Counted from the stretch's first letter, positions 46,578 to 56,832 are shown. The stretch: 64,000 bases of DNA from Bacteroidaceae bacterium (GCA_024398435.1 JAKSJD010000006.1:28276-92275), one strand, 5' to 3'. Notes: generated from the sequence alone by a model not told the origin. Made by a program: numbers and translations.

Positions 46578-48857
46578 ATGAAGTTAAGATTTTCAATCGT
46601 ATTCGCAGCCTTATTTGTAATAGTAGGCTTGGCAAAAGCAGCAAAAATTGAAGTGAATCAAAATGCTGGAGAAGTTACTATAACACAGGACAACATGAAG
46701 ATTCACCTTATCCCACTCAACGACAATGCCATTCGAGTAAAAGCCGGATGGGATAAGGGAATGCAGTTGGACGATAGGATTCTTTATCCTGAAACACTTG
46801 CAAAGCCAAAGTTCAGCGTGAATGAAACTGATGAGGAATTCATAATCTCGGCAAAGAACATCAAGGCCAAATACCACAAGAAGAGTTGCGCTCTCACTTT
46901 CTGCGATGGAAAAGGCAAAGTTCTTCTTCAGGAAAAGTACAATGGACGTCGACTGAAGAACGTCACTGTAGCCGGAGTCGGCACAACTGATGTTTCCCAA
47001 ACATTCATTTCACCTGCTGACGAATACCTTTACGGAACAGGACAATTCCAAGATGGATATCTTAACATCAAGGGACTCACACGTCGACTCACACAAGTCA
47101 ACACACAGATTTCCGTACCTTTCATCATGTCGAGCAAAGGTTATGGATTGCTTTGGAACAACTATGGCCTCACAGATTTCAATCCTTCAACCAACACAAT
47201 CCAACTCAAGGCATTTGAAGGAGAAAGCCACGAATATGAGGTTGATGCCACAAGTACAACCGGAAACCGAAGAGAAAGACGCGTTTCAAACGCATTCACA
47301 GAAACAATCACCGTTGATGCAGATGCCGACTATTCTTTCCTTCTCGATGTAGGTCAGAAGATGAGTCGCAAACTCTATCTCAAGATCGACAATGACGTTG
47401 TCGTAGACCTCAACAACACTTGGCTTCCACCAACAGCTTCTGCTATCAAGCATCTTGGTGCCGGTCAGCACACAATCTATGTTGAAGGTGTTCGAGGAGA
47501 TAAGCCAACAGTATCATGGAAGAAGGTTGTGAACGAAACAACACTTCATTCTCCAGTGGCTACAGGAGTGGATTATACCGTATTTGCAGGCAATGCCGAC
47601 CAAGTTGTCGCATCTTATCGTCACGTAACAGGCGAATCACCTCTCATGCCTGACTATATGCTCGGATACGTTCATTGCCGTGAACGCTTCAACACACAAG
47701 ACGAAATCATCGAAAACGCAAAGATGTTCAAGGACAAGAACATACCTATCAGCGTAATCGTTCAAGACTGGCAATGGTGGGGAAAGTATGGTTGGAATGC
47801 AATGCAGTTTGATGAAGGCCGCTATCCAGACCCAGCTAAACTCGTCAAGGATCTTCACGACATGGACATTCGATTCATGATTTCTGTATGGTCGAAAATT
47901 GACGTAAACTGTGAAGTCGGCAAGCAAATGGGTGCTAACGGATACTATATTGCAGGAACTGACTGGATTGACTTCTTCAACCCAGATGCAGCAAAGATGT
48001 ATTGGACCAATTTCCGTAGCCGCATGGTTGAGCCTTACCACATCGATGCTTGGTGGCTTGATGCTACAGAACCAGAAAATGACGACTTGGTAGGCCGAAA
48101 GATTGGAAAGGAACAGATTCCTGGCGAATTCTACAGAAATGTATATCCAATGAAGGTTGTCAACACTGTATACAACGGACTCAAGGAAACCAATCCTGAC
48201 GAAGTCCCTGTAATTCTCACACGAAGCGGATTTGCCGGATTGCAGAGATACAATGCTGTCACTTGGAGTGGAGACGTAGGCAACGACATGGATTGCCTTC
48301 GCCGACAGATTGCAGGTGGTTTGAACTATGCAGCATCTGGACTTCCTTGGTGGACATACGATGCTGGTGGATTCTTCCGTCCAGGAAACCAATACAGCGA
48401 CAAAGCTTATCAAGAGAGAATGCTCAGATGGATTGAGTGCAGTGTATTCCTTCCTATCATGCGAGTTCACGGCTACATGTCGAACACAGAACCTTGGAGA
48501 TACCCAGCTGAAACAGAAGAAATATTCGTTAAGTGCATTAAGCAAAGATACGAACTTCTTCCATACATAAAGGAATGTGCAAAGAAAGTAAGCGAAGAAG
48601 GCTATACAATCATGCGTCCACTCGTATTCGACTTTGCCAACGATACTGAAGCACTGAAGCAAAACACAGAATACATGTTCGGTCCTAAGTATCTCGTATG
48701 CCCTATTACAGAAGAGAATGTGACCACATGGAAAGTGTATCTGCCAAAGAATGCTAAGGGATGGAAAGACTACAACACAGGAAAGCAATATTCGGGAGGT
48801 CAGTATGTTGACATGAGTGTCACACTTGACAAGATTCCGGTATTTGAACGCATGTAG
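46578..48857 (+). CDS. GH31 alpha-glycosidase (alpha-xylosidase/alpha-glucosidase type)
   Basis: 759 aa with a signal peptide. The blocks ...ISVWSKIDVN... and DAWWLDATEPE and the overall length fit Bacteroidota GH31 enzymes. Specificity not assignable by eye. Confidence 0.8.
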   Translation: MKLRFSIVFAALFVIVGLAKAAKIEVNQNAGEVTITQDNMKIHLIPLNDNAIRVKAGWDKGMQLDDRILYPETLAKPKFSVNETDEEFIISAKNIKAKYHKKSCALTFCDGKGKVLLQEKYNGRRLKNVTVAGVGTTDVSQTFISPADEYLYGTGQFQDGYLNIKGLTRRLTQVNTQISVPFIMSSKGYGLLWNNYGLTDFNPSTNTIQLKAFEGESHEYEVDATSTTGNRRERRVSNAFTETITVDADADYSFLLDVGQKMSRKLYLKIDNDVVVDLNNTWLPPTASAIKHLGAGQHTIYVEGVRGDKPTVSWKKVVNETTLHSPVATGVDYTVFAGNADQVVASYRHVTGESPLMPDYMLGYVHCRERFNTQDEIIENAKMFKDKNIPISVIVQDWQWWGKYGWNAMQFDEGRYPDPAKLVKDLHDMDIRFMISVWSKIDVNCEVGKQMGANGYYIAGTDWIDFFNPDAAKMYWTNFRSRMVEPYHIDAWWLDATEPENDDLVGRKIGKEQIPGEFYRNVYPMKVVNTVYNGLKETNPDEVPVILTRSGFAGLQRYNAVTWSGDVGNDMDCLRRQIAGGLNYAASGLPWWTYDAGGFFRPGNQYSDKAYQERMLRWIECSVFLPIMRVHGYMSNTEPWRYPAETEEIFVKCIKQRYELLPYIKECAKKVSEEGYTIMRPLVFDFANDTEALKQNTEYMFGPKYLVCPITEENVTTWKVYLPKNAKGWKDYNTGKQYSGGQYVDMSVTLDKIPVFERM

Positions 48858-48980
48858 TCAAACCTAAATGAATTGTTAAAATCGTAACTTCAAATGTTAA
48901 AAACAATTCCAATTGCAACAAATATTAAGACAAAATAGTTAAACTATATAAATATATTTGGCTGTGTCGGAGGAAAATGT

Positions 48981-48988
48981 TAAATTTG
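48981..48988 (+). promoter_or_regulatory. -7 box TAAATTTG upstream of the 163-aa gene
   Basis: TAnnTTTG match 24 nt upstream of the ATG at 49012. Confidence 0.45.
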
Positions 48989-49011
48989 CAGTCGATTAAA
49001 AGTAACTGACA

Positions 49012-49503
49012 ATGAAAAGAATTATTTTAACACTCGTATTTGCTGTTGTTGCAATGACAGCAGTAAACGCACAAAGCCTCTATAAGAGGGTTCATGATAA
49101 TGCAACAGCAGTTGTAAACAATGCAGCTTCAAACGAGCAGCAGATACAAATCAATCAGTTCAAGATTACTGTTCTGAACTATATGATGACTCAATCTAAG
49201 AAGCGTAACCTCAATAAGGACGACTATTTCTTTGATTCACAAGCTGTGAACCTTGCTACATTTGTAACTGATTTCGAAACAAACATTATCAAGGCTCGTC
49301 AGATTTCAACAGAAAAGCGTCTTGCTGTAATTGAATGCTATCGCAATGCATCTCTACAGAATCCATTGTTCAACGATACAGACAAGGATGCAACTTATTG
49401 CTATGTCAATGACAAGCAGACTTACACTCCATTCTCTCTCGATACAGACTGGGAAAAGGCTTACGATCAAGCTACAAAGAACATCAAGGCCATCTTGAAG
49501 TAA
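49012..49503 (+). CDS. Secreted hypothetical protein, 163 aa
   Basis: Signal peptide MKRIILTLVFAVVAMTAVNAQ, its own promoter box and terminator. No family recognised. Confidence 0.6.
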   Translation: MKRIILTLVFAVVAMTAVNAQSLYKRVHDNATAVVNNAASNEQQIQINQFKITVLNYMMTQSKKRNLNKDDYFFDSQAVNLATFVTDFETNIIKARQISTEKRLAVIECYRNASLQNPLFNDTDKDATYCYVNDKQTYTPFSLDTDWEKAYDQATKNIKAILK

Positions 49504-49563
49504 GTAAGTCGGCAAATCCATCATACAGCATTCGTGAAACCAATCACAATGTTGCAGGAATTT

Positions 49564-49591
49564 GGGAAGGCAAACAACCTTCCCATTTTTT
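49564..49591 (+). terminator. Rho-independent terminator
   Basis: GGGAAGG-CAAACAA-CCTTCCC followed by ATTTTTT. Confidence 0.7.
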
Positions 49592-49866
49592 ATTGATGTT
49601 TTAGTCATACGATGCCCATCGTATATGAGACGAATCTATAGAAGAACAGAACGACAGCTAGAAAAAACATATTTCAAGGCTATAGCTCGCAACATCAAGA
49701 GGATAAATACTACACTCTTATTTCATTGTATATCCAACGGAAAGAAAAACGTATCATATGCATAATAATGCATAACAATGAGAGCAAACACCCACTTTAC
49801 CATTGCATAAAAGCCGAATATTACCGATTTTTAATGAATATAGTTAGCCAATTGAATAGAAATCAC

Positions 49867-49874
49867 TATCTTTG
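49867..49874 (+). promoter_or_regulatory. -7 box TATCTTTG only 9 nt upstream of the hisH ATG
   Basis: Exact TAnnTTTG match. The spacing implies a very short leader or none. Confidence 0.4.
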
Positions 49875-49883
49875 TGGCCTATT

Positions 49884-50474
49884 ATGTATGTAGCAATAGT
49901 AAAATATAACGCAGGCAACATTTGTTCCGTAAAGAACGCACTCACAAGATGCGGCATTGAGCCAGTCCTAACCGACGACCCCGAATTGCTGATGAAAGCC
50001 GACAAAGTAATCTTCCCTGGACAGGGAGAAGCCCGCAGCACCATGAATTATCTCAAAGAGCATCGTCTCGATGAAGTAATCAAGTCACTCACACAACCTG
50101 TACTCGGAATCTGCATCGGCATGCAACTTTTGTGCCGCCACAGCGAGGAACAAGACACGGATTGCCTTGGAATATTCGACACAGATGTGTTGCGTTTCCG
50201 TCCAAACACAAGCGAAGAGAAAGTCCCACAAATGGGATGGAACACGATTAATAACACGACATCGGAGTTGTTCAAAGGTTTCACAAAGCCAGAGTTCGTA
50301 TATTTCGTACATAGTTTCTATGTGCCAGAATGCGGACACACAATAGCAACTACCGACTATACCCTATCCTACAGTTCGGCCCTTCATAAGGACAACTTCT
50401 ACGCCACTCAATTCCACCCAGAAAAGAGCGGTCCTGTGGGAGAAAGGATAATTAAAAACTTTCTTGAACTATGA
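49884..50474 (+). CDS. hisH: Imidazole glycerol phosphate synthase, glutamine amidotransferase subunit
   Basis: MYVAIVKYNAGNICSV..., catalytic GICIGMQ, and FHPEKS. ATG at 49884 (196 aa); the ORF-track start is a TTG four codons upstream. Confidence 0.9.
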   Translation: MYVAIVKYNAGNICSVKNALTRCGIEPVLTDDPELLMKADKVIFPGQGEARSTMNYLKEHRLDEVIKSLTQPVLGICIGMQLLCRHSEEQDTDCLGIFDTDVLRFRPNTSEEKVPQMGWNTINNTTSELFKGFTKPEFVYFVHSFYVPECGHTIATTDYTLSYSSALHKDNFYATQFHPEKSGPVGERIIKNFLEL

Positions 50475-51190
50475 TAGAAATCATACCAGCAATCGACCTA
50501 ATCGACGGCAAATGCGTCCGACTAACAAAGGGCGATTACAACGAAAAGAAGGTTTATAGCGATAAGCCTCTCGAGATGGCAAAGATGTTTGAGGACAAAG
50601 GCATCCACCGACTTCATCTCGTCGACCTTGACGGAGCCCGTTCAAAACATGTTGTTAATCTCCAAACAATTGAAGAAATCGCGAGCCACACTTCACTCTG
50701 CATCGACTTCGGAGGCGGCATCAAAAGCGATGACGATATTCGAAAAGTGTTTGATGCAGGAGCAGCAATGGTTACGATAGGCAGTGTAGCCGTCACTTCC
50801 CCCGACTTGTTCATCAACTGGACAAAGCAATATGGAGCAAATAAGATTATTGTTGGAGCCGATGTGAAAAACGGAAGAATCAGCATAAACGGTTGGATGG
50901 AAGACGGAAACATTGAACTTGTACCGTTCGTAGAGCAATTCCTTCAATATGGAGTAACTAATGTTTTATGTACAGACATTTCAAAAGACGGAACACTCAA
51001 CGGACCTGCAATCGACCTCTACAAGCATGTGATGAACTCACTTCCACAAATCAACTTGATTGCCAGTGGAGGTGTCGGATGCGAAAGAGATATTGAACTG
51101 CTCAACAAAGCAGGAGTTAAACAAGTAGTAGTTGGCAAAGCCATCTACGAAGGAAAAATAGATTTGGACAGATGCTTGCAAAACGTATAA
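50471..51190 (+). CDS. hisA: 1-(5-phosphoribosyl)-5-[(5-phosphoribosylamino)methylideneamino]imidazole-4-carboxamide isomerase
   Basis: 239 aa. [18 protein letters not shown]... and ...GGGIKS... Overlaps hisH by 4 nt. Confidence 0.92.
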   Translation: MIEIIPAIDLIDGKCVRLTKGDYNEKKVYSDKPLEMAKMFEDKGIHRLHLVDLDGARSKHVVNLQTIEEIASHTSLCIDFGGGIKSDDDIRKVFDAGAAMVTIGSVAVTSPDLFINWTKQYGANKIIVGADVKNGRISINGWMEDGNIELVPFVEQFLQYGVTNVLCTDISKDGTLNGPAIDLYKHVMNSLPQINLIASGGVGCERDIELLNKAGVKQVVVGKAIYEGKIDLDRCLQNV

Positions 51191-51927
51191 TCCCTTGTCT
51201 TGACATAAAAGACGGACAAACCGTAAAAGGTATAAACTTCGTCAACCTTCATCATGCAGGAGATCCAATCGAACTTGGCAAAGCCTACAGCGAACAAGGA
51301 GCCGACGAACTCGTATATCTTGACATTACGGCAAGTCACGAAGGCAGAAAGACATTTACTGAACTTGTTGGACGCATAGCAAAGGAAATCAACATTCCTT
51401 TCACTGTTGGAGGCGGAATTAACGAACTCAGCGATGTCGACCGTCTTCTCAATGCCGGAGCCGACAAGATAAGCATAAACTCAGCAGCTATTCGCCGACC
51501 AGAACTTATAGATGAAATCGCCAACCATTTCGGCAGTCAGGTATGTGTGGTCGCAATAGATGCAAAGCAAACAGAAAGAGGTTGGAAGTGTTACCTCAAC
51601 GGTGGACGACTCGAAACCGAAAGAGATCTGTTTGCATGGGCAAAGGAAGCAAACGAAAGAGGAGCAGGAGAAATTCTCTTCACCAGCATGGATCATGATG
51701 GTGTAAAGCAAGGATTTGCAAACGAAGCCCTTCATCAGCTATCAACAATGCTGACAATTCCAGTGATTGCTTCTGGAGGAGCTGGCAATATGGAGCACTT
51801 CCGAGATGCATTCACTCAAGGGCATGCAGATGCAGCACTTGCAGCAAGTGTATTCCACTTCGGAGAAATAAAAATATCAGAACTTAAAGAATATCTTAAA
51901 CAACAAAACATAACAATACGACTATGA
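51172..51927 (+). CDS. hisF: Imidazole glycerol phosphate synthase, cyclase subunit
   Basis: 251 aa. [20 protein letters not shown] and ...FTVGGGI... Overlaps hisA by 19 nt. Confidence 0.95.
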   Translation: MLAKRIIPCLDIKDGQTVKGINFVNLHHAGDPIELGKAYSEQGADELVYLDITASHEGRKTFTELVGRIAKEINIPFTVGGGINELSDVDRLLNAGADKISINSAAIRRPELIDEIANHFGSQVCVVAIDAKQTERGWKCYLNGGRLETERDLFAWAKEANERGAGEILFTSMDHDGVKQGFANEALHQLSTMLTIPVIASGGAGNMEHFRDAFTQGHADAALAASVFHFGEIKISELKEYLKQQNITIRL

Positions 51928-52535
51928 CAATTGATTTCGAAAAGATGAATGGCCTCGTGCCAGCTATCATACAAGACGACAAGACATTGAAAGTGCTTAT
52001 GCTCGGATTCATGAATGAAGAAGCATACAAGCAAACAGTCGAAACAGGTAAGGTAACATTCTGGAGCCGCACAAAAAACCGCCTTTGGACAAAGGGCGAA
52101 ACAAGTGGTAACTTTCTCAATGTAGTATCAATCCTCAACGACTGCGACAATGACACATTGCTCATCAAGGCAAATCCAGTTGGCCCTGTTTGCCACACAG
52201 GAGCAGATACTTGCTGGAATGAAGAGAACGAGAACCCAATCATGTTCCTTACAGAATTGCAGAAGTTCATTGAAAAGCGCTATCAGGAACAGCCAGAAGG
52301 CTCATACACAACAAGCCTTTTCAAGGAAGGTCTCAGCAGAATGACCCAGAAAGTGGGCGAAGAAGCTGTCGAACTTGTCATCGAATCAATGAAAGGCGAT
52401 AATGACCGTCTCATATATGAAGCATCAGATATGATTTATCACCTCATCGTATTGCTCACTTCAAAGGGATTGAGCATCGAAGATATTGCTTCAGAACTTA
52501 TCACACGTCACGATCCAAACTGGCATAAACATTAA
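51924..52535 (+). CDS. hisI: Bifunctional phosphoribosyl-AMP cyclohydrolase / phosphoribosyl-ATP pyrophosphatase
   Basis: 203 aa. GLVPAIIQD...[18 protein letters not shown] (HisI part) followed by a MazG-like HisE part. Overlaps hisF by 4 nt. Confidence 0.92.
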   Translation: MTIDFEKMNGLVPAIIQDDKTLKVLMLGFMNEEAYKQTVETGKVTFWSRTKNRLWTKGETSGNFLNVVSILNDCDNDTLLIKANPVGPVCHTGADTCWNEENENPIMFLTELQKFIEKRYQEQPEGSYTTSLFKEGLSRMTQKVGEEAVELVIESMKGDNDRLIYEASDMIYHLIVLLTSKGLSIEDIASELITRHDPNWHKH

Positions 52536-52544
52536 ATCAACAAT

Positions 52545-53396
52545 ATGCTGATAGAATATAAAAATGTAGATGTTTATCAGGAAACGCAAGAAGTACTGTC
52601 AAACGTATCCTTCACAATTGATGAGGGAGAAATGGTGTATATCATTGGTAAAGTAGGTTCCGGAAAGAGTTCGCTACTTAAAACCATGTATGCAGAACTG
52701 CCAATACATACTGGAGAGGCGAAGGTCATGAATTACGATCTTTGCAATCTCAAGACAAAGCATCTTCCTGACCTTCGCAAGCAACTTGGTATCATTTTCC
52801 AAGACTTCAAGCTCCTCACCGACAGAACCGTTGAGTCGAATCTCCGTTTCGTATTGAAAGCTACAGGTTGGAAGAATAAAGTAGAAATCGCCGACCGCAT
52901 CAATCAAGTTCTCACACTCGTTGGTATGGAAACTAAAGGCTACAAACTTCCAAGCGAACTTTCTGGGGGAGAACAGCAACGTATTGCAATTGCAAGAGCC
53001 ATCCTCAATCATCCAAAACTTATTCTTGCAGATGAGCCAACAGGAAACCTCGACTTCGAAACCGGTAAACTCATCACTGAACTTCTCAGCAAGGTTGTTA
53101 AAGAACAAGGTGTGACAGTTGTAATGATTACCCACAACCTCAACCTTCTCGAACTTTTCCCTGGAAGAGTATTCAAATGCAAGGACAAGGCATTCACTGA
53201 AGTATCAAAAGAAGATACGAAGGAAGCGGAAAAAGAAATAGAAGAAGCAGAGAAAGAAGAGGAAGACAAACCCGAGATAGATATCGAATCTTCAGAAAAT
53301 ACAACTGCTGAAAATGCTGATGCTGAAGAAAACAACGATATGGAAATTATCGAAGATTTAGTAGAAGTAAGCAAAGAAGATAACAACGACAAATAA
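52545..53396 (+). CDS. FtsE-like ABC transporter ATP-binding protein with a ~60-aa acidic C-terminal tail
   Basis: Walker A GKVGSGKSS, signature LSGGEQQR, Walker B LILADEPTGNLD, then KEDTKEAEKEIEEAEKEEEDKPEIDIESSEN... Confidence 0.8.
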   Translation: MLIEYKNVDVYQETQEVLSNVSFTIDEGEMVYIIGKVGSGKSSLLKTMYAELPIHTGEAKVMNYDLCNLKTKHLPDLRKQLGIIFQDFKLLTDRTVESNLRFVLKATGWKNKVEIADRINQVLTLVGMETKGYKLPSELSGGEQQRIAIARAILNHPKLILADEPTGNLDFETGKLITELLSKVVKEQGVTVVMITHNLNLLELFPGRVFKCKDKAFTEVSKEDTKEAEKEIEEAEKEEEDKPEIDIESSENTTAENADAEENNDMEIIEDLVEVSKEDNNDK

Positions 53397-53415
53397 CTCA
53401 AACCAACAAAATAAG

Positions 53416-54735
53416 ATGAAAGTAATGAAATTTGGCGGTACTTCTGTTGGTACCCCACAAAGAATGAAAGAAGTAGTGAAACTGATATCTGATGCAGATC
53501 AGAAGATTGTTGTATTGTCTGCAATGTCAGGAACCACAAACCAACTTTACGAAATTTCAGATTATCTCTACAAGAAGAATCCAGTAGGAGCAAACGAAAA
53601 CATCAATATTCTTGAAGAGAAATACTACAAACATGTTGACGAACTCTACACAACGGAAGAATATAAAGAAAAGACACGTCAGTTCCTTAAGCAGGAATTC
53701 GATTATATCCGTTCGTTCACAAAAGGAATATTCACGATGTTTGAAGAGAAGATTATCGTTGGCCAGGGTGAAATCCTCAGTACCAATATGGTTACGAACT
53801 ATCTTCTTGAACAAGGATACAATGCTGCCCTACTCCCAGCTCTCGACTTTATGCGAACAGACAAGAACAGCGAACCTGATCTTGAATATATTCGCGAGAA
53901 GCTGAAGATAACACTTGCAGAAATGCCGAACAAGGATATTTATATCACTCAAGGCTTTATTTGTCGCAATGCATATGGAGAAGTAGACAACCTTCAAAGA
54001 GGAGGAAGCGACTATTCTGCATCACTCATTGGTGCAGCCATTGAAGCTTCGGAGATTCAGATATGGACAGATATTGACGGAATGCACAATAATGACCCTC
54101 GTTATGTTGAAAACACATCACCTGTTCAAACTCTCAGTTTCGAGGAAGCATCAGAGTTGGCATATTTCGGAGCGAAAATACTTCACCCAACATGTGTGCA
54201 ACCAGCTAAGTTTGCCGGCATTCCAGTAAAACTTCTCAACACAATGGATCCAACGGCTCCTGGTACTGTAATCAGCAATAAAACTCAAAGAGGAAGCATT
54301 AAAGCCGTTGCTGCAAAGGACAACATTACAGCTATAAATATCACTTCAAGCCGAATGCTGCTTGCCTATGGTTTCCTTCGCAAAGTGTTTGAAATCTTCG
54401 AAACCTACAAGACAAGTATTGATATGGTCACAACGAGTGAGGTCGGAGTTTCTGTATCAATTGACAATACCAGCAACCTCAGCCAGATCTTGAACGAACT
54501 CAAGAAACTCGGCACTGTAAGTGTTGATGTCGACATGTGTATCATTTGTGTTGTTGGCGACCTCGACTGGCACAATATTGGTTTCGAGTCGTTGGCAACA
54601 GAAACGATGAAGGATGTTCCGGTACGAATGATCAGTTACGGAGGAAGCAATCACAATATTTCTTTCCTCGTGGCTGCTGCTGATAAGAAGAAAGCCCTTC
54701 AGTCACTTAGCAATCACTTATTCAAAAATAATTAA
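53416..54735 (+). CDS. lysC: Aspartate kinase
   Basis: 439 aa. MKVMKFGGTSVG..., VVLSAMSGTTN, C-terminal ACT domains. Confidence 0.9.
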   Translation: MKVMKFGGTSVGTPQRMKEVVKLISDADQKIVVLSAMSGTTNQLYEISDYLYKKNPVGANENINILEEKYYKHVDELYTTEEYKEKTRQFLKQEFDYIRSFTKGIFTMFEEKIIVGQGEILSTNMVTNYLLEQGYNAALLPALDFMRTDKNSEPDLEYIREKLKITLAEMPNKDIYITQGFICRNAYGEVDNLQRGGSDYSASLIGAAIEASEIQIWTDIDGMHNNDPRYVENTSPVQTLSFEEASELAYFGAKILHPTCVQPAKFAGIPVKLLNTMDPTAPGTVISNKTQRGSIKAVAAKDNITAINITSSRMLLAYGFLRKVFEIFETYKTSIDMVTTSEVGVSVSIDNTSNLSQILNELKKLGTVSVDVDMCIICVVGDLDWHNIGFESLATETMKDVPVRMISYGGSNHNISFLVAAADKKKALQSLSNHLFKNN

Positions 54736-54737
54736 GG

Positions 54738-55913
54738 ATGACGACAAACAACACATACCCAACACGACAAGCACTTCAGCAATTCGACACTCCTTATTAT
54801 TATTATGACACAGAACTTCTGCGTCAGACTTTGGCTGCAATAAAAGCAGAAACAGCAAGCCACAACAACTATTTCGTTCATTATGCGGTCAAGGCAAATG
54901 CCAATCCAAAGCTTTTGAAGATTATCAAGGAAGCCGGTTTTGGTATTGATTGCGTTAGCGGAGGCGAGATTCAAGCCGCTCTTGATGCTGGTTTTCCAGC
55001 TGAAAGCATTATGTTTGCGGGGGTTGGAAAAGCTGATTGGGAAATCGAATTAGGATTGGATGCCGGCATTTGCTGCTTCAACATTGAGAGCGTTCCTGAA
55101 ATGGAAATAATCAATGAAATTGCTGTTCGCAAAGGAAAGACAGCAAATGTTTGCCTCAGAATCAATCCAAACGTTGAAGCTCACACTCATGCAAACATCA
55201 TGACAGGGCTTTCCGAAAACAAGTTCGGAATTGCAATGACTGATATGATTGATGTGATTAAGCGAATTGAGCAATTGGAACAAATCCATTTCCTCGGACT
55301 TCATTTCCACATTGGAAGTCAAATCTTGAAGATGGATGATTTCCTTCGCCTTTGCGACAGAATCAACGAATTGCAGGATTATCTCGAAGAAAATGGTTAC
55401 AAGGCAGAAATAATCGATGTTGGTGGAGGACTTGGAGTGGATTATGATGCTCCAGAAGAGAACCCGATTCCAGCTTTCAATGCCTATTTTGACGTTTATC
55501 GAAAGAATCTCAAACTGAGAGAAGGTCAGCAACTCCATTTCGAACTTGGTCGAGCTGTAGTGGCTCAATGTGGAAGTCTTATCACTAAAGTTCTTTTCGT
55601 AAAGGAAAACGGAAACAAGAAATTCGTTATAGTTGATGCCGGAATGACAGAACTTATCCGCCCTGCCCTTTATGGTGCTCATCACAAAATCGTGAATCTC
55701 ACAAGCACTGAAACAGCAGAAACCTATGATGTTGTAGGTCCCATCTGCGAATCGAGTGATGTTTTCGACAAGGACATTCCACTTGCAAAGACAAAGAGAG
55801 GCGATTTGATTGCTATAAAAACTGCCGGTGCATATGGAGAGACAATGGCTTCATGCTATAATTGCAGAAAACTGCCTAACGGATACACTACAGAAGACAT
55901 TATGTCAGTATAA
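54738..55913 (+). CDS. lysA: Diaminopimelate decarboxylase
   Basis: 391 aa PLP fold-III decarboxylase. YAVKAN, ...HFHIGSQ..., DVGGGLGV, GPICESSD. Confidence 0.92.
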   Translation: MTTNNTYPTRQALQQFDTPYYYYDTELLRQTLAAIKAETASHNNYFVHYAVKANANPKLLKIIKEAGFGIDCVSGGEIQAALDAGFPAESIMFAGVGKADWEIELGLDAGICCFNIESVPEMEIINEIAVRKGKTANVCLRINPNVEAHTHANIMTGLSENKFGIAMTDMIDVIKRIEQLEQIHFLGLHFHIGSQILKMDDFLRLCDRINELQDYLEENGYKAEIIDVGGGLGVDYDAPEENPIPAFNAYFDVYRKNLKLREGQQLHFELGRAVVAQCGSLITKVLFVKENGNKKFVIVDAGMTELIRPALYGAHHKIVNLTSTETAETYDVVGPICESSDVFDKDIPLAKTKRGDLIAIKTAGAYGETMASCYNCRKLPNGYTTEDIMSV

Positions 55914-55967
55914 ATACTGTTGGCACATAGTTTGCTGATAATTTTGATGTAAACAATTAAAACATTC

Positions 55968-56543
55968 ATGATGAAAGATAAAGAAAACGAAGAAATCGAA
56001 GAGGAAGTAAAGCAAGAAACTCCTAACACAGAGGAAGATGTAGAAACTGCAGAAACAGAAGTGGCAGAGGAAACTGAAGAGGAAACCATTGAGCAGCAAT
56101 TGGAAAAAGCCAACGAAAAGATTGCTGAAATGGATGACAAGTACCTCCGTCTTATGGCAGAATTCGACAATTACCGTCGTCGCGTCATTAAGGAAAAGGC
56201 AGAACTCATCCTCAATGGTGGAGAGAAAGTGTTGAAGGACTTGCTTCCGGTGATTGATGATTTGGAGAGAGCTCAACAAGATATTGCTACTTCTACTGAT
56301 ATGGAAGGCGTAAAAACTGGCGTCGACCTTATCATCAAGAAGTTTGTCGACTATCTCAAAGCTCAGGGTGTTGAGGAAATTGAGACGAAGGATCAGGCAT
56401 TCGATGACAACCTTCACGAAGCAATCGCAATGATTCCAAGCCCAACGGAAGAACTAAAAGGCAAGATTATCGATTGCACAAAGAAGGGCTACACAATGAA
56501 TGGCAAGGTAATTCGTCATGCTCAGGTAGCTGTCGGAGGCTAA
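55968..56543 (+). CDS. grpE: Nucleotide exchange factor GrpE
   Basis: 191 aa. Acidic N-terminus, YLRLMAEFDNYRRR, and the C-terminal ...GYTMNGKVIRHAQVAV. Confidence 0.92.
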   Translation: MMKDKENEEIEEEVKQETPNTEEDVETAETEVAEETEEETIEQQLEKANEKIAEMDDKYLRLMAEFDNYRRRVIKEKAELILNGGEKVLKDLLPVIDDLERAQQDIATSTDMEGVKTGVDLIIKKFVDYLKAQGVEEIETKDQAFDDNLHEAIAMIPSPTEELKGKIIDCTKKGYTMNGKVIRHAQVAVGG

Positions 56544-56636
56544 TACATATATAATATAATAATATGTGTATTGTGGCCGAAAAACGAAGACAATATCGGC
56601 ATAAAAAATATGCTATATAGAGTCGTCAAAAAAGAT

Positions 56637-56702
56637 CGCAAGAAATGACCTCGAGTTTCGCGAGAAATTGCCTCGAGTTTCGCGAGAAATGACCTCACGA
56701 AC
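56637..56702. repeat. Tandem array, 3 units of 22 bp (CGCAAGAAAT / CGCGAGAAAT at 56637, 56659, 56681), each with the small dyad CTCGAG-TTT-CGCGAG
   Basis: Units are CGCAAGAAATGACCTCGAGTTT, CGCGAGAAATTGCCTCGAGTTT and CGCGAGAAATGACCTCACGAAC. Confidence 0.85.
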
Positions 56703-56832
56703 CGCTATCTTTTTTCATAAAAGCTAAGTACCTGATTTTCAGCCACACATAAGGCTGCCAAAACAGTCAACAATATTACATCAGGATTTGATATTCGCAT
56801 CAGCAAACAAAATAGAAGTATCATCACAATAA

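Noticed and set aside
47637-48788. 383-aa antisense ORF inside the GH31 gene, with similar long antisense ORFs at 4721-5266, 29155-29931, 34980-35630, 37149-37799 and 38133-38873
   Set aside because: Each lies fully inside a confidently assigned gene on the other strand. Their translations are low-complexity, Cys/Phe/Leu-rich and have no recognisable motifs. These are typical shadow ORFs.
49758-49775. Histidine-operon leader peptide or attenuator upstream of hisH
   Set aside because: The only mini-ORF is ATG CAT AAT AAT GCA TAA, with a single His codon. There is no run of His codons and no terminator/antiterminator pair.
56544-56832. CIRCE/HrcA operator or another known heat-shock element between grpE and dnaJ
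   Set aside because: I found no TTAGCACTC-N9-GAGTGCTAA-like inverted repeat by eye. The only structured elements are an AT palindrome after the grpE stop and the 22-bp array.
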